From IMG/VR virus record IMGVR_UViG_3300015214_000026, positions 96,001 through 160,000 of that record: a stretch of DNA of 64,000 nucleotides; one strand, given 5' to 3'. This DNA comes from a virus. Lineage: Duplodnaviria > Caudoviricetes. Each line of letters begins with the position of its first letter. The first letter of the stretch is position 1. Under the pieces are notes generated by a model that saw nothing but the letters and a program-made list of their open reading frames with translations, did no database searches and had not been told where the DNA came from. Shown here piece after piece: positions 40,101 to 49,205 of this stretch. A program made the position numbers and the translations under genes.

Positions 40101-41734
40101 CCTGTAAGACCACCCTTTCCTACTTTTATATTTGGAATATCGAAAGTTTTAATAGAGGGGTCGGGCTTGAATTTAGCTTGTTCTTCACGCCAAGCTTTAC
40201 GATAAGTATCGATGGTTTTTTCATCATACTTATCTATAGCTTGTAGGACATATTCTACGCCAATAAGACGATGAATAATACCTTGCGATTTCATTCTAGC
40301 GGGAAGTTTTAGAGCCTCTTTATCAGATTTACGCGCTACATTAAGATACTTAATAAGGGCTTTAAGGGCTTTAACTAATGGAATAAGGCCGTTTACTTCT
40401 TCAAGTTCTTCAAGATACCCACCACAAACGTGGTATAAGGTAACGTCATCTACATTGGCAGCGTTGGTAGCATTAATTATGTTTGTATAGATACGAATAG
40501 CAGGAAGATCACGAAGGATACGCTTCGCTTCTTCATCAGAAGTATATTTCTCAGCTTCACTTCCATCTATATCTTTTAACGATTCTGTGATAATAGAAGT
40601 AATGGGCGTCATTACCGAAGCTTTAAGCGGCGTAGACAAATAATTATATTCAGTAACAGGGTCAAATGGAGCTACATCACCTAGATCATACGTAGATAGA
40701 ATGCCGGTTGAAGTGGTATACGCTAGAATATCGTTTACCCAATCGACATAAATAATGGCATCGCCTAAGCCATGCTCATCGACTAGAAAATCGCGGCGAA
40801 ACACTCCATCTTCATCAATACAAGAGTTACTAGTTTTAATAAACTGCTCAACTGTATCTCTATTTGGTGGAATAAAAATAGGATTGCCAGAACCATGGAT
40901 AGCAAATCCAGCCTTATTCACCTTAGGGCGAATAGGGCCGAGCTTCAACATGGCATTCTTATGCGCAGACACTTTTCTAGGGTCTACGATTTTATTAAGT
41001 CGATTCTTAGTAAGACGTAGTGAGTTATAAACCCACAGATAAACTAAATAAGCAGAAAATTCATCAGAATCTATAACTTCTTTATAAACATCGGCTTCTA
41101 ACTCGATACCTAAAGTAAAATCCAGATTAGCTGTATGTGTATCAGAATTGTACTCTGGTGTTTTTATATATATTTTAAATTCTACAAAATCATCAAGCGG
41201 GGTTAGATACTTTTCTTTGAAAGTTTCAAGAGCGGGTGTCAGCGCCGTCATCACAGTTGGGCTGATATCCATATTATAGATATGCTGGAAAAAAGCTGAT
41301 AACGTAATCCCCTTACTAATATCTTTGGGGAAGAGCTTTATGACTCTTTCTACTATTTCTCCACCAATATTAAACAAAGATTCCGTAAATTCAATCGCAA
41401 TAGGTTTAGTTTTTCCATTGCCTGGCTTAACCATAGCAGTCTCACGAAGGCGATCTGCTGTAACTGGTTCTGCGTATGGGTTTAAGTCAAACCCAATTAC
41501 ATTGGCCATATCGATGGTAGAAAATTCTTCATTCATAGTACCATTAAGCAGCGATCCCATAATTCCAAGACGGAACAATGAGTTTGCGTTTAGTACTATG
41601 CCGTATAGATTCTTTTTCACCATTTCCATAGGGCTGGTGAATTTAGTCCCAACGTTTGGCCGACGAGCGGCCGTTTCAGGCAGATCAGTAGAAAAATCCG
41701 TCTCAAAGTTACGCTCAATGCTCGGCGAATCCAT
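37172..41734 (-). CDS. Large SNF2-family SF2 ATPase/helicase (~1520 aa)
   Basis: LLPHQ, TGGGKT, DESH.IKN, SGT, SPK, EG.NLQ, W.P...QA.AR..R motifs; GAGG RBS before ATG 41734. Confidence 0.9.
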   Translation of the reverse strand: MDSPSIERNFETDFSTDLPETAARRPNVGTKFTSPMEMVKKNLYGIVLNANSLFRLGIMGSLLNGTMNEEFSTIDMANVIGFDLNPYAEPVTADRLRETAMVKPGNGKTKPIAIEFTESLFNIGGEIVERVIKLFPKDISKGITLSAFFQHIYNMDISPTVMTALTPALETFKEKYLTPLDDFVEFKIYIKTPEYNSDTHTANLDFTLGIELEADVYKEVIDSDEFSAYLVYLWVYNSLRLTKNRLNKIVDPRKVSAHKNAMLKLGPIRPKVNKAGFAIHGSGNPIFIPPNRDTVEQFIKTSNSCIDEDGVFRRDFLVDEHGLGDAIIYVDWVNDILAYTTSTGILSTYDLGDVAPFDPVTEYNYLSTPLKASVMTPITSIITESLKDIDGSEAEKYTSDEEAKRILRDLPAIRIYTNIINATNAANVDDVTLYHVCGGYLEELEEVNGLIPLVKALKALIKYLNVARKSDKEALKLPARMKSQGIIHRLIGVEYVLQAIDKYDEKTIDTYRKAWREEQAKFKPDPSIKTFDIPNIKVGKGGLTGLLPHQGRILSSAIKSPHQSIKSVSTGGGKTIISIVQSIFGIVNTKTIPMILTKANLIRGTVTEINQICKGEINAIPFTPITLRRMSRISGINTFAKLLKWYQKLPKNTILVGSYSSLASRRKLYPDLDLVDGFCEFSIPTTQFMLIIKLLGIRFISGDESHMIKNPESARSRNSYAIFSHADNRDVMSGTIVANTVPDLVGQGRAISPYIFGDDPVAFADRYGLSQGLIKSDEDAKKIKDRLKATTAYHEANEEDWAYMLPAMDDEVMFANMTPLQHEFYNLLMQEAELILLELEKSKKKIKSEDDDDDDEEDEDEDDEGEEGDDAEEARIIAAAKVHLQKVEMFLVAPDSNDQYMAWERKPSGEDLVSPKVRLTDKLIEEHVIKHKDDLPHNKIIVFGWNIVSAEHFMRHSKFASKSLHYTAGNEEVVRQFETNPNNIILCATEGSMREGFNLQMTSLICRMQSVWAPGEHKQARARMYRPDPRGKYNRDSVRHVWIMTRLPNNQPTLDGVKIARLISKYISNARLTYEGRMEWRQVSNEFDELKMLKMNLQLIFHARDYDLEPYFQAWKTYIHWENALNKQSKRRMAEKLEHEHDIDLLDSKGNIMDINKFIQLAMYEVESTYKIPGSKRVYVPFIRNALPPDPNNYGFTVLGNNDVAVGTVIYTEFGPAIVKASMKKAVKVQLYNGRTVSLKKGTVHVAAPSRYKEFAKTVKDPIKWRNESFDPLGVTGTAKVDKTKLKDEEEVIEMLEDNLDNEEEDKDEVEIYAGILNSWPALIVDEDIKELKNLDGWNRIDPFTSVSFRSWAAAEKLLDIIDSKMHISDKTYEALKEEMEEIRDGKAMQLTKQINLQKFRNFFLDQRKKLGTAKNGKVIVNPYWIVNETDVLLAFDTNSHDPRFIAWLGRNRAKFPGVINIRKNEAMWINIFKSVREAMEDLRNLSTIRSIDIEQIKRDLVDVKDEILKLKRPRSRPKM

Positions 41735-41784
41735 GTTTTTAACCTCTATCAAATTCAATTTATGCTTTTGAGAATATCTCAAAA

Positions 41785-41822
41785 GGAATTAGTAATATAT
41801 ACGATTATATAATGTAAGTCAA
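41785..41822 (-). promoter_or_regulatory. sigma70-like promoter (TTGACT-17-TATATT) with adjacent TAATTCC motif upstream of the SNF2 gene
   Basis: -35 at 41817-41822, -10 at 41794-41799, TAATTCC at 41785-41791. Confidence 0.5.
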
Positions 41823-41862
41823 GATATAGTTTGCTATCATTTTATGTAGATATATCAAACGT

Positions 41863-41952
41863 TTAGAGTACTGTCCATACCGGATCGCCAGAATCACCTA
41901 CTTGAACAGGAAATGGATTAGGATTGGACACATAGTATTCAAGCTTTTTCAT
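41863..41952 (-). CDS. 29-aa peptide MKKLEYYVSNPNPFPVQVGDSGDPVWTVL
   Basis: AGAGG RBS 8 nt upstream of ATG; below the ORF-track cut-off. Confidence 0.45.
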   Translation of the reverse strand: MKKLEYYVSNPNPFPVQVGDSGDPVWTVL

Positions 41953-41969
41953 AATAAATACCTCTAAAT

Positions 41970-42398
41970 TTATAGCTCTGGAATTTCTCTAATATATTTT
42001 AGCTTTGTTTTTATTCTACCAATATCAGTATTAAATTTGGCTACATCTACCCAATCTCTAGGAGGATCTACTTTAAAAGTTTTACACAGCTGAATAAGTG
42101 ATTTAGCTAATTCAGATGTGGCTTCTACAGAAATAGGTAAGCCCAACAAATATGATTTAGTATAAGCTCTCATAGCTCTTTCTATATCACCACGAGTAGA
42201 AAGATTTAAAACATCATTAAATATACGGTTATTATTCTTATCTAAGATATTATTAGCTCTATTTAAAACACCCTCATAATAATTAATTACGCCTTCAATT
42301 ACATCTTGATAGTATTCTAAACTACCTTCTTCATCAATTGCGGCGGCATTTTCAATAGAACTTAATAAATTCTTAACCCGTTCAAATAAATCCGACAT
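41970..42398 (-). CDS. Hypothetical protein
   Basis: 142 aa; N-terminus ...LLSSIENAA resembles the shared leader. Confidence 0.75.
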   Translation of the reverse strand: MSDLFERVKNLLSSIENAAAIDEEGSLEYYQDVIEGVINYYEGVLNRANNILDKNNNRIFNDVLNLSTRGDIERAMRAYTKSYLLGLPISVEATSELAKSLIQLCKTFKVDPPRDWVDVAKFNTDIGRIKTKLKYIREIPEL

Positions 42399-42407
42399 AT
42401 TATATCC

Positions 42408-42782
42408 TCATAAAAACTGTTTAGCAGCTCTTATCTGCTTTCTTGTTGGCGCTTTACCTATTTGACGTCCATGTATTGCGCTATGGCAATTAGAACATAA
42501 GGTGATTAAATTTTTAGGATGATTTGGTCCTTTAGGCAATGGTATGATATGATGAGCATGTAAAAGATTAGAAAAAGGCGGAGGATATTTTACATTACAA
42601 GGAGGTAATCCTAATTGGTTTGCTCTGCAAGAATAATTATCTCGTTGCTTAACATAATAGGATAAGGTTTCCCAATCATCACCATACCAATCCTTTTTAG
42701 GGTATTTAGGTTTAGAAGATTTAGCTAAGGACCTACCTGTTTTTATCTTAGGTCTAAAACTTGGCCTACCTACTCTAGACAT
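42408..42782 (-). CDS. HNH endonuclease (small, packaging-associated type)
   Basis: W......VK.RD.Y.C, HAHHIIP...G.N...NL.TLC.NCH...H. Confidence 0.9.
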   Translation of the reverse strand: MSRVGRPSFRPKIKTGRSLAKSSKPKYPKKDWYGDDWETLSYYVKQRDNYSCRANQLGLPPCNVKYPPPFSNLLHAHHIIPLPKGPNHPKNLITLCSNCHSAIHGRQIGKAPTRKQIRAAKQFL

Positions 42783-42784
42783 AC

Positions 42785-43516
42785 CTAAACTTTCTTTTTA
42801 CGCTTCTTTGTAGATGGGCTCAATATATCCGCCATTTGTCCAGAAAGATATAGATGAACAGATTCGGCAATCTTATCATTTGATTGCGTCATAAACATAC
42901 CAATAGATTTCATTATTTCATCCAATTGGCGTTTAAGTCTTTTACCTGTTTTTGGTTTTCCAGCTAATTCCGTATCAATGGTAGACTTCATAGAAAGCAT
43001 TTCTTGAAGAAAATGTTGAGCCATAGCATTAAATAAAGGGGTAATAATAGAATCTTTTATAAAGGCAGATTGGTTTTCCACATTACCAATCATATTCAAT
43101 TCAGTGGATATTTCTTTAGCTTCTTTAATAAGGGCGATTAGAGCATAGGCGGCATTCTCTTTCATAGTACCTCTGAAAGCTTTTTCAGCTAGAGGTATTA
43201 CATCAAGAGTCATAGCCAACATAGAACGAAGCATCATCTTATTTAATACTTCAGTATTAAGGTCATCTTCATTCTTATTAGAAATAAGTTTGCGAACTGA
43301 CCCCATTTCTTTCTGGAAACGGGACATTTCGGCATCTAAACCATCAGAACCTACTAAGCCGGTTCCTTTGAGAACATCAGCTAGTTCATCCTTAGCTTTA
43401 TTAAGTTTGTTGAATTTCTTTTCGCGTTTCAGGTCTTTTTCAGCTGAAGAAACGGACGGTCTAGTTTTAGACCGTCCTTCAGCAAAACCTGTTTTCTTTT
43501 TATTAGATTTTTTCAT
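42785..43516 (-). CDS. Helical hypothetical protein
   Basis: 243 aa with basic termini; no recognised motif. Confidence 0.7.
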   Translation of the reverse strand: MKKSNKKKTGFAEGRSKTRPSVSSAEKDLKREKKFNKLNKAKDELADVLKGTGLVGSDGLDAEMSRFQKEMGSVRKLISNKNEDDLNTEVLNKMMLRSMLAMTLDVIPLAEKAFRGTMKENAAYALIALIKEAKEISTELNMIGNVENQSAFIKDSIITPLFNAMAQHFLQEMLSMKSTIDTELAGKPKTGKRLKRQLDEIMKSIGMFMTQSNDKIAESVHLYLSGQMADILSPSTKKRKKKV

Positions 43517-45019
43517 CTAAACATCATCTACTGCGGTAGCTTCGGAAATTGTTTCTGTAGTAGGAGCAACTTCCTCTACGGTAGTTTCTTCGTCTTCGCT
43601 GTCCTGGCTTTCATCATACGGCATAGCTTCCAGAACTTTTTCTGTAACCTTACCCATGATTTCTACCATGGCATCCATATCCCCGTTATCCCAAGCAGAT
43701 ACCGCTTTATCTCCCGCGTCACCAGAAAGAGCTCGCATCATGGCACTAAGAAGTGCACCACGACCCTTTTTCTCTTTCTTTTTCTTAGCAATTTCTACTT
43801 CTTCAACAGGTTCAGAAAGGGATGCGTAATCAATAGAGAAAGCATCATCAAATACTTCTACTGAAGCAGATTCTAGGTATCCTTTAAATGGAACGTATTT
43901 CATTACTTCAAGCATGAAATACATAAGAGTACGTTCAAACTTCTTCTTATCTCTCTTTATCCAAGAGTCTATAAGCATACGACCTAAAGCGGAAGCCATG
44001 ATCTTGATAAATACAGCGATAAGTAACTTAATAATAGCTATATTACCGGGCCGTAGCGCTACTTCCGAACCTTCTATAAACGCTTCAGCATTTTCTACTG
44101 TGTAATCATCAAGATCGATTTCATACTTATAATCATCGTCGAACTCGTACTCTTTATATTTTTGAACATCAGATTTATAGTCAAAATCATTCTGCGGAAA
44201 CCAATCATTAAGAACCATTTTAACTATAGAAAATAGTATACGTTCAAAAGCGTTTTTATTCTTACGCTCCCAAGCGTTAAGAAGAGACTTACCAACAGCT
44301 CCACCGACAATCTTAACTAAGATACCTAATATGATCTTACCGATTATCTTGGAGTTAGCCGTTTCGGGTAGATACTTTCCGAAAGTAGTCAGAAAGGCGT
44401 CACCATCGCTGGTAAGAATAATACTAGCCAGTTCTTCAACAGTAACGGAGGCGGCTTCTGGTACAGTTATTCCATCGTCTTCATCTTTTCCTTCACCTTC
44501 TTCTTCATCGAAGTTAGGATCAGAATTGATATGCATAGATAAGAAATTATCTAAATCGTAGGCAAAAATACCATAGTTAGCCATATTTTCAGTGTTACCG
44601 AGCATTCCGGTATACACTTTCATAGCAAATTTATGCATTTCAGGGGTAGTTAAAACCCTGAAAGCCCTACCATCGCCGTCGATAGATACAATGCCACTAT
44701 TAGCAAGCTCGCTGTCAATAATGCCCGATCCACTATCTTCCAAATCATTGGTTTCGTATTCATCGCTGGCTACCTCACCATTCGCCAAATATTCATATGT
44801 ACTAATACTAGTAAATTCATAAGTTCCTAACGAGGAAAGTTCTTTACCTGTTTCAGTAAAAACATAACCAGCGCCTTCCATGACACTGGTAATGAAATCT
44901 ACGCTATCCTTATCAATATTAGAGAGAACCACATTTTGGTCAACACCATTAGAGGCAGTCGAAATCTCTACTAAAGCTTCTGGATAAGCATAGGATAAAA
45001 GTCTTTTTATATCAAACAT
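43517..45019 (-). CDS. Acidic internal-head candidate with three amphipathic helical repeats and many E-x-A motifs
   Basis: 500 aa; repeats centred on G..L..(A/S)W...(D/N)...FE. Confidence 0.7.
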   Translation of the reverse strand: MFDIKRLLSYAYPEALVEISTASNGVDQNVVLSNIDKDSVDFITSVMEGAGYVFTETGKELSSLGTYEFTSISTYEYLANGEVASDEYETNDLEDSGSGIIDSELANSGIVSIDGDGRAFRVLTTPEMHKFAMKVYTGMLGNTENMANYGIFAYDLDNFLSMHINSDPNFDEEEGEGKDEDDGITVPEAASVTVEELASIILTSDGDAFLTTFGKYLPETANSKIIGKIILGILVKIVGGAVGKSLLNAWERKNKNAFERILFSIVKMVLNDWFPQNDFDYKSDVQKYKEYEFDDDYKYEIDLDDYTVENAEAFIEGSEVALRPGNIAIIKLLIAVFIKIMASALGRMLIDSWIKRDKKKFERTLMYFMLEVMKYVPFKGYLESASVEVFDDAFSIDYASLSEPVEEVEIAKKKKEKKGRGALLSAMMRALSGDAGDKAVSAWDNGDMDAMVEIMGKVTEKVLEAMPYDESQDSEDEETTVEEVAPTTETISEATAVDDV

Positions 45020-45039
45020 AGGACTTCTCCTGACGTAGA

Positions 45040-45068
45040 AAGGCGAGTAGTGATAAACTACTCGCCTT
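45040..45068 (-). terminator. Hairpin/intrinsic terminator
   Basis: AAGGCGAGTAGT/ACTACTCGCCTT stem. Confidence 0.75.
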
Positions 45069-45075
45069 ATAATTA

Positions 45076-45864
45076 TTAGACACTAACACCGTTATAGATA
45101 ATGTCTTTAATTTCCGCCAAGAACTCTTTATTATGAGAAAAAAGCATGCTGTAGTATTCGAGGATGGATTCCTTGGTTACTTCCTCAGCAATTTCCGACG
45201 TATTGATGGTACGACCATCCCAAGCGCCAACTACATAATCAGAAGCAACTTCAATAATCTTTTCTGAATCTGGATTATAAAGGGTACTACCAGTTACACC
45301 GATACCGAAAGCTAATTCTTCCTTTCTCGTATCATAGTAAACAACAGGAATACCAGGCCCATAGTCTTCAAACATTTGAATACCATTGGAGGCGGTAGCG
45401 ATTGCTCTAGCATGCTGGGCACTAAGAAGCGCACCGATATCTTCTTCCTGCTGCTTAACAAGGTAAGCGACATCGCCATCGCTTACAACCGACCAAATAT
45501 TATCGTTAGAATCCTGAAAAACTGTATCACTAACCTGCGTCATATCTCCAGTAGAAGCCATTTCTTTGGCATCATTAACAGACATAGTTTCACGGTTCTT
45601 AGTAACAAAGGCACCAAATAAAGTGCTATCCTTATCAGAAACTCTATGTAAAGAGTTAGGAAGGTATCGTACACCAAGAGCAGAAATAGACGCCGAGGCT
45701 GTTTCTTCATTCAACCTATCATGAAATACAGAATCAATCTTAACAATGATACGCGAAGAAGCTGTATCAATCATATTCATTTTCTGTAGAGTAATGGGAA
45801 AGCTCTTACGGCTAACCTTACGATCATTGAGAGTCTTATAAATGTTACTATTCAAACGAGTCAT
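45076..45864 (-). CDS. Putative virion/head protein
   Basis: 262 aa; good RBS, own terminator; EETAS, KEMAS and SEIAE motifs. Confidence 0.65.
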   Translation of the reverse strand: MTRLNSNIYKTLNDRKVSRKSFPITLQKMNMIDTASSRIIVKIDSVFHDRLNEETASASISALGVRYLPNSLHRVSDKDSTLFGAFVTKNRETMSVNDAKEMASTGDMTQVSDTVFQDSNDNIWSVVSDGDVAYLVKQQEEDIGALLSAQHARAIATASNGIQMFEDYGPGIPVVYYDTRKEELAFGIGVTGSTLYNPDSEKIIEVASDYVVGAWDGRTINTSEIAEEVTKESILEYYSMLFSHNKEFLAEIKDIIYNGVSV

Positions 45865-45889
45865 TTTATTTACCTCTATGTTAAAGAAC

Positions 45890-47005
45890 TTAGTAGAATC
45901 GCCTAAAGCGATTATACCCTATCCTATTATTCAGGGTGTTAACCCCTAATCCAAGCGTGCCTATGTTACGAACACGCTTGTCTGTTTCATTTCCAGCTAT
46001 TTCACCCTTACCATTAGCTAAAATCGCAGATTTCTTTGCTACCGGTAATTGATCCATAACCGCATTATACCTGTCCAACAATTGGGACAAATAATCCGTT
46101 CTATTATAATTAAGTTGAGTGTTTAATCCTTGGAAATCAAACGCATTCAAACCTTCCGCTAAGAATCTAGATTCTAACGCATAAATAGCCGCAGCTATTG
46201 ATAAAAATCTATCTAACCCGCTAGGGAAATCATGTAACTTCCACAAAGTTATTTCTGGTGGTGAGGAATTAATACGCTTTACACCAGCAAGAACTGCTTG
46301 AATTAATTCAACATTATGCCATTGCAAAGAAGGATCAACTTCTATTAATTTAGCCTTATCCAACATAAGTTGGAGGGTATTAACTACATTAATAGTTTTA
46401 AAGTCTAGTATATAAAGAGGATGTGTTTCTGTATATGTTCCAGAAGCAGTAGTTATCCTATATACTATATTAAAAGGATCAAGCCATATATTCTTAACAA
46501 TAGTTAGTGGTGGTAGTACTATAGAAAACCTATAGCCATTGGAATTAGCGGAAACGGATGTTTGATTATTTAATGTAGTTTGCTGAACTTCTTCTCCAAA
46601 TGAATCAAAGATACGTACTTCGATATCCGCTTCATCGCTATTAGTTACAATGAAATCCTCTATATTTTCATCAGTAATATAATTAAAAAATACGCCGTTA
46701 GGGGCAAAAAACTCTGTATTATCAAATAAAGTAATAAGTTTATCTGTTATATACGTTCTTCCAGCAGAATCTGTTCCGTGGAATTGAATAGTCATGTCTT
46801 CCTTACCATTAGGAACAACATAATTAGTGGGTATAGTAAATACGGCATTCCACCTACTACCTACTTGTAAAGCGGGCTGAGACAATAAAGTATCGTCATC
46901 GGCAGTGTAAATAGTCCATAAAGGTGGCTGATTAAATACAGCCGGCGCTCCTTTATAGGAAAATTTAGTACCTATAGTATATTGCTTACCTTTATTAATT
47001 TCCAT
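45890..47005 (-). CDS. Putative neck/head-tail adaptor protein
   Basis: Ig-like N-terminus and helical C-terminus with INSSPP and F.F.G....L...R; weak family recognition. Confidence 0.45.
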   Translation of the reverse strand: MEINKGKQYTIGTKFSYKGAPAVFNQPPLWTIYTADDDTLLSQPALQVGSRWNAVFTIPTNYVVPNGKEDMTIQFHGTDSAGRTYITDKLITLFDNTEFFAPNGVFFNYITDENIEDFIVTNSDEADIEVRIFDSFGEEVQQTTLNNQTSVSANSNGYRFSIVLPPLTIVKNIWLDPFNIVYRITTASGTYTETHPLYILDFKTINVVNTLQLMLDKAKLIEVDPSLQWHNVELIQAVLAGVKRINSSPPEITLWKLHDFPSGLDRFLSIAAAIYALESRFLAEGLNAFDFQGLNTQLNYNRTDYLSQLLDRYNAVMDQLPVAKKSAILANGKGEIAGNETDKRVRNIGTLGLGVNTLNNRIGYNRFRRFY

Positions 47006-47019
47006 AATAAGACCACACC

Positions 47020-48375
47020 TTAAAGATGTTCTTTAAGCCATGAAGATAACTCTCTAGGCTTTATACTACTAAAAGATTTAGGCATAAAATTAGAATCTTT
47101 AACTAAAGATAAATTAATCGTATTACCAGTTACAAATCCATATATTTCAATTTTGTTATGAGTAACATCGGCATTTTCTACACCGTATAATATATGGTGC
47201 TCACATGGTTTTATGTCATTACCATCATAAACATAGGCTTTTTCAAATTTGTATTCTTTAGGCTTAAGATTCTTTTTAAGAAAGAAATCCAGAGAAGATT
47301 TCTTTATACTGGCAGTTTCAGATACTTTATTCAAAAATACCTTGGAATTTGCCAATTCAAGATTACACTTATTAAGCATAATCTTCGCTCTAGACAAAAT
47401 AGAAGGTTTTCCTATAGACGCCACCATAATAGTAGCAGCCGTAGGTATACAGCTTTCTAAATAATCTATATGAGAGAGAAGCTCTTCATGAGAACCTTCT
47501 TTACTTATGATATCAGCCTTTTCCAACTTTATTAGAGCTTTAAGAAGGTCCGTATCGTGTGAAGAATTAATAGAAATTTTCTCTTTCATAGAAATATTCT
47601 TTATTTTAGCGCTTCGGTCAATTGTAGATAAATAAGTAGCAGTTTCTGTAGATTGTTCATTTGTCTTAACTAAGGATTCCGCGATAATATCATCATCGTT
47701 TAGGTTCCCCTTAGCTTGTTTCATCATATCTTCATGTATCTTTTTCAGATATTCAATTTTAGCTCTACGCTTACGTTCTTCCTGTTCAGCTTTAAACTTA
47801 CGTTTCTCAGCTTCATTTTCAAAGTCTTGTTGGTCTTCTTCCGCTTCTATAGACCTAAGCTCATCTTCTACTTCCATAGTATGACGTTTGATGTTATCAC
47901 CAAACCCCGCAACTACAAAAGCAGCGGTAGAAGCAACTGGTGTACCTAATACTAAAGATAAAGCCATAGTGGCTAATAAAGTGATACCAGAAACCGCTAA
48001 TACCTGTCTTGCTCCATGAGCAGCCTTGTCTTTATCTAATTTAACTGCTTTAATGGTATTATCATACAGATTCTTTATCTGCTTATTTTCTAATCTTTCA
48101 ATCTTTCGTTCAAAAGAACGCTGCATATCGTCCAATGAACCAGACATAGCCTGTTTTACAGAATACCCATTCAATTTTAAGTAATTAACAGCCCTCTCTT
48201 TCTCGGCGGGAGATAAAGGCTTGTTACTTGTAATCTTATTACCAGAAACTCTTATCTTAGCTTTATTACTAGTAGTTTTATTATTACCTTGTATTTTCTT
48301 TTTTGACCTAGGATGCTGCTTTATGTAATCTTTTTTCTCACTTAAAGTAAGATTTTTCCACCAATCAGACAACAA
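47020..48375 (-). CDS. Hypothetical protein with a hydrophobic hairpin and coiled coil (possible ejected membrane protein)
   Basis: WW..L...EK..YI..HP.S N-terminus; hydrophobic aa ~125-158; ETAT, ELAN and ETAS motifs. Confidence 0.7.
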   Translation of the reverse strand: MLSDWWKNLTLSEKKDYIKQHPRSKKKIQGNNKTTSNKAKIRVSGNKITSNKPLSPAEKERAVNYLKLNGYSVKQAMSGSLDDMQRSFERKIERLENKQIKNLYDNTIKAVKLDKDKAAHGARQVLAVSGITLLATMALSLVLGTPVASTAAFVVAGFGDNIKRHTMEVEDELRSIEAEEDQQDFENEAEKRKFKAEQEERKRRAKIEYLKKIHEDMMKQAKGNLNDDDIIAESLVKTNEQSTETATYLSTIDRSAKIKNISMKEKISINSSHDTDLLKALIKLEKADIISKEGSHEELLSHIDYLESCIPTAATIMVASIGKPSILSRAKIMLNKCNLELANSKVFLNKVSETASIKKSSLDFFLKKNLKPKEYKFEKAYVYDGNDIKPCEHHILYGVENADVTHNKIEIYGFVTGNTINLSLVKDSNFMPKSFSSIKPRELSSWLKEHL

Positions 48376-48465
48376 AGTTCTCCAAATTATAACAATTTAA
48401 AAAGAAACTACACTTATACTCAAGAATTAGGATATTGTCATTGATAGATCATACTTAAAAACAAT

Positions 48466-48499
48466 AAGGGCGGTGAACCCTTGCGAGAACACCGCCCTT
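48466..48499 (-). terminator. Intrinsic terminator after the H1-like gene
   Basis: AAGGGCGGTG/CACCGCCCTT stem followed by ATTGTTTTT. Confidence 0.8.
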
Positions 48500-48535
48500 A
48501 CGTTACAGCCTGGGGAGGAGGAGGTCAGACTGTAA

Positions 48536-49093
48536 TTACATAGCCTTGCGCTTACGACCAGCGGTCTTCTTCGCAGCCGGACGACCGCGCTTCGCAGCGG
48601 GCTTCTTAGCAGCAGGCTTCTTAGCAGCAGTCTTCTTAGGGGCCGCCTTAGCCTTAGCCGGACGACCGCGCTTTCCAGCAGCCTTCTTAGCAGGAGCCTT
48701 CTTGGCAGCGGTCTTCTTCGCAGCCGGACGACCGCGCTTAGCGGTGGTCTTCTTAGCGGTCGACTTCTTGGCAGCAGTCTTGGCGCGACGACGGTGCTTA
48801 GCACGCTTCGAAGCCCAATACTTCTTCATGGCAGTCGAAATCTTCTTCTTGTGAGCAGCAGACTTCGGCTTATTACGAACAGCCTTGGAAATCTTCTTAC
48901 CTGCAGCCGTCTTCAAACGCTTCTTCTTCGCGGTAGCGCGACGCTTCTTCGACTGAGCCGGAGTTTCGTTAGCGAGCTTCGCCTTACGCTTCTTGGCAGC
49001 AGTCTTAGCGCGAGTCTTAGCCGCAGCAGAAGCGGGCTTGCGAGCTTCGCTCGTATCTTCGACCGCCTCAAAAACCAGTTCAAAATGTTCCAT
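48536..49093 (-). CDS. Histone H1-like Lys/Ala-rich DNA-condensing protein with three KRGRP AT-hook motifs
   Basis: AGGAG RBS before ATG 49093; KKPAA/KKTAA repeats; acidic 17-aa N-terminus. Confidence 0.85.
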   Translation of the reverse strand: MEHFELVFEAVEDTSEARKPASAAAKTRAKTAAKKRKAKLANETPAQSKKRRATAKKKRLKTAAGKKISKAVRNKPKSAAHKKKISTAMKKYWASKRAKHRRRAKTAAKKSTAKKTTAKRGRPAAKKTAAKKAPAKKAAGKRGRPAKAKAAPKKTAAKKPAAKKPAAKRGRPAAKKTAGRKRKAM

Positions 49094-49175
49094 TGTATTT
49101 CTCCTACTATCGATAGTATGGGTTAAATTATAAGAGGTAATCAAGATTCCTTGTAAAGATACCTCTCTACCTAAA

Positions 49176-49205
49176 AGAATTAGATTATCTAGAATCAAAT
49201 GTCAA
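49176..49205 (-). promoter_or_regulatory. Putative promoter TTGACA-17-TAATTCT for the H1-like gene
   Basis: Consensus -35 exactly 17 nt from the recurrent TAATTCT motif. Confidence 0.55.

Noticed and set aside
42785-43516. Terminase small subunit
   Set aside because: Only size and proximity to an HNH gene support it; no motif recognised and no large terminase in the window.
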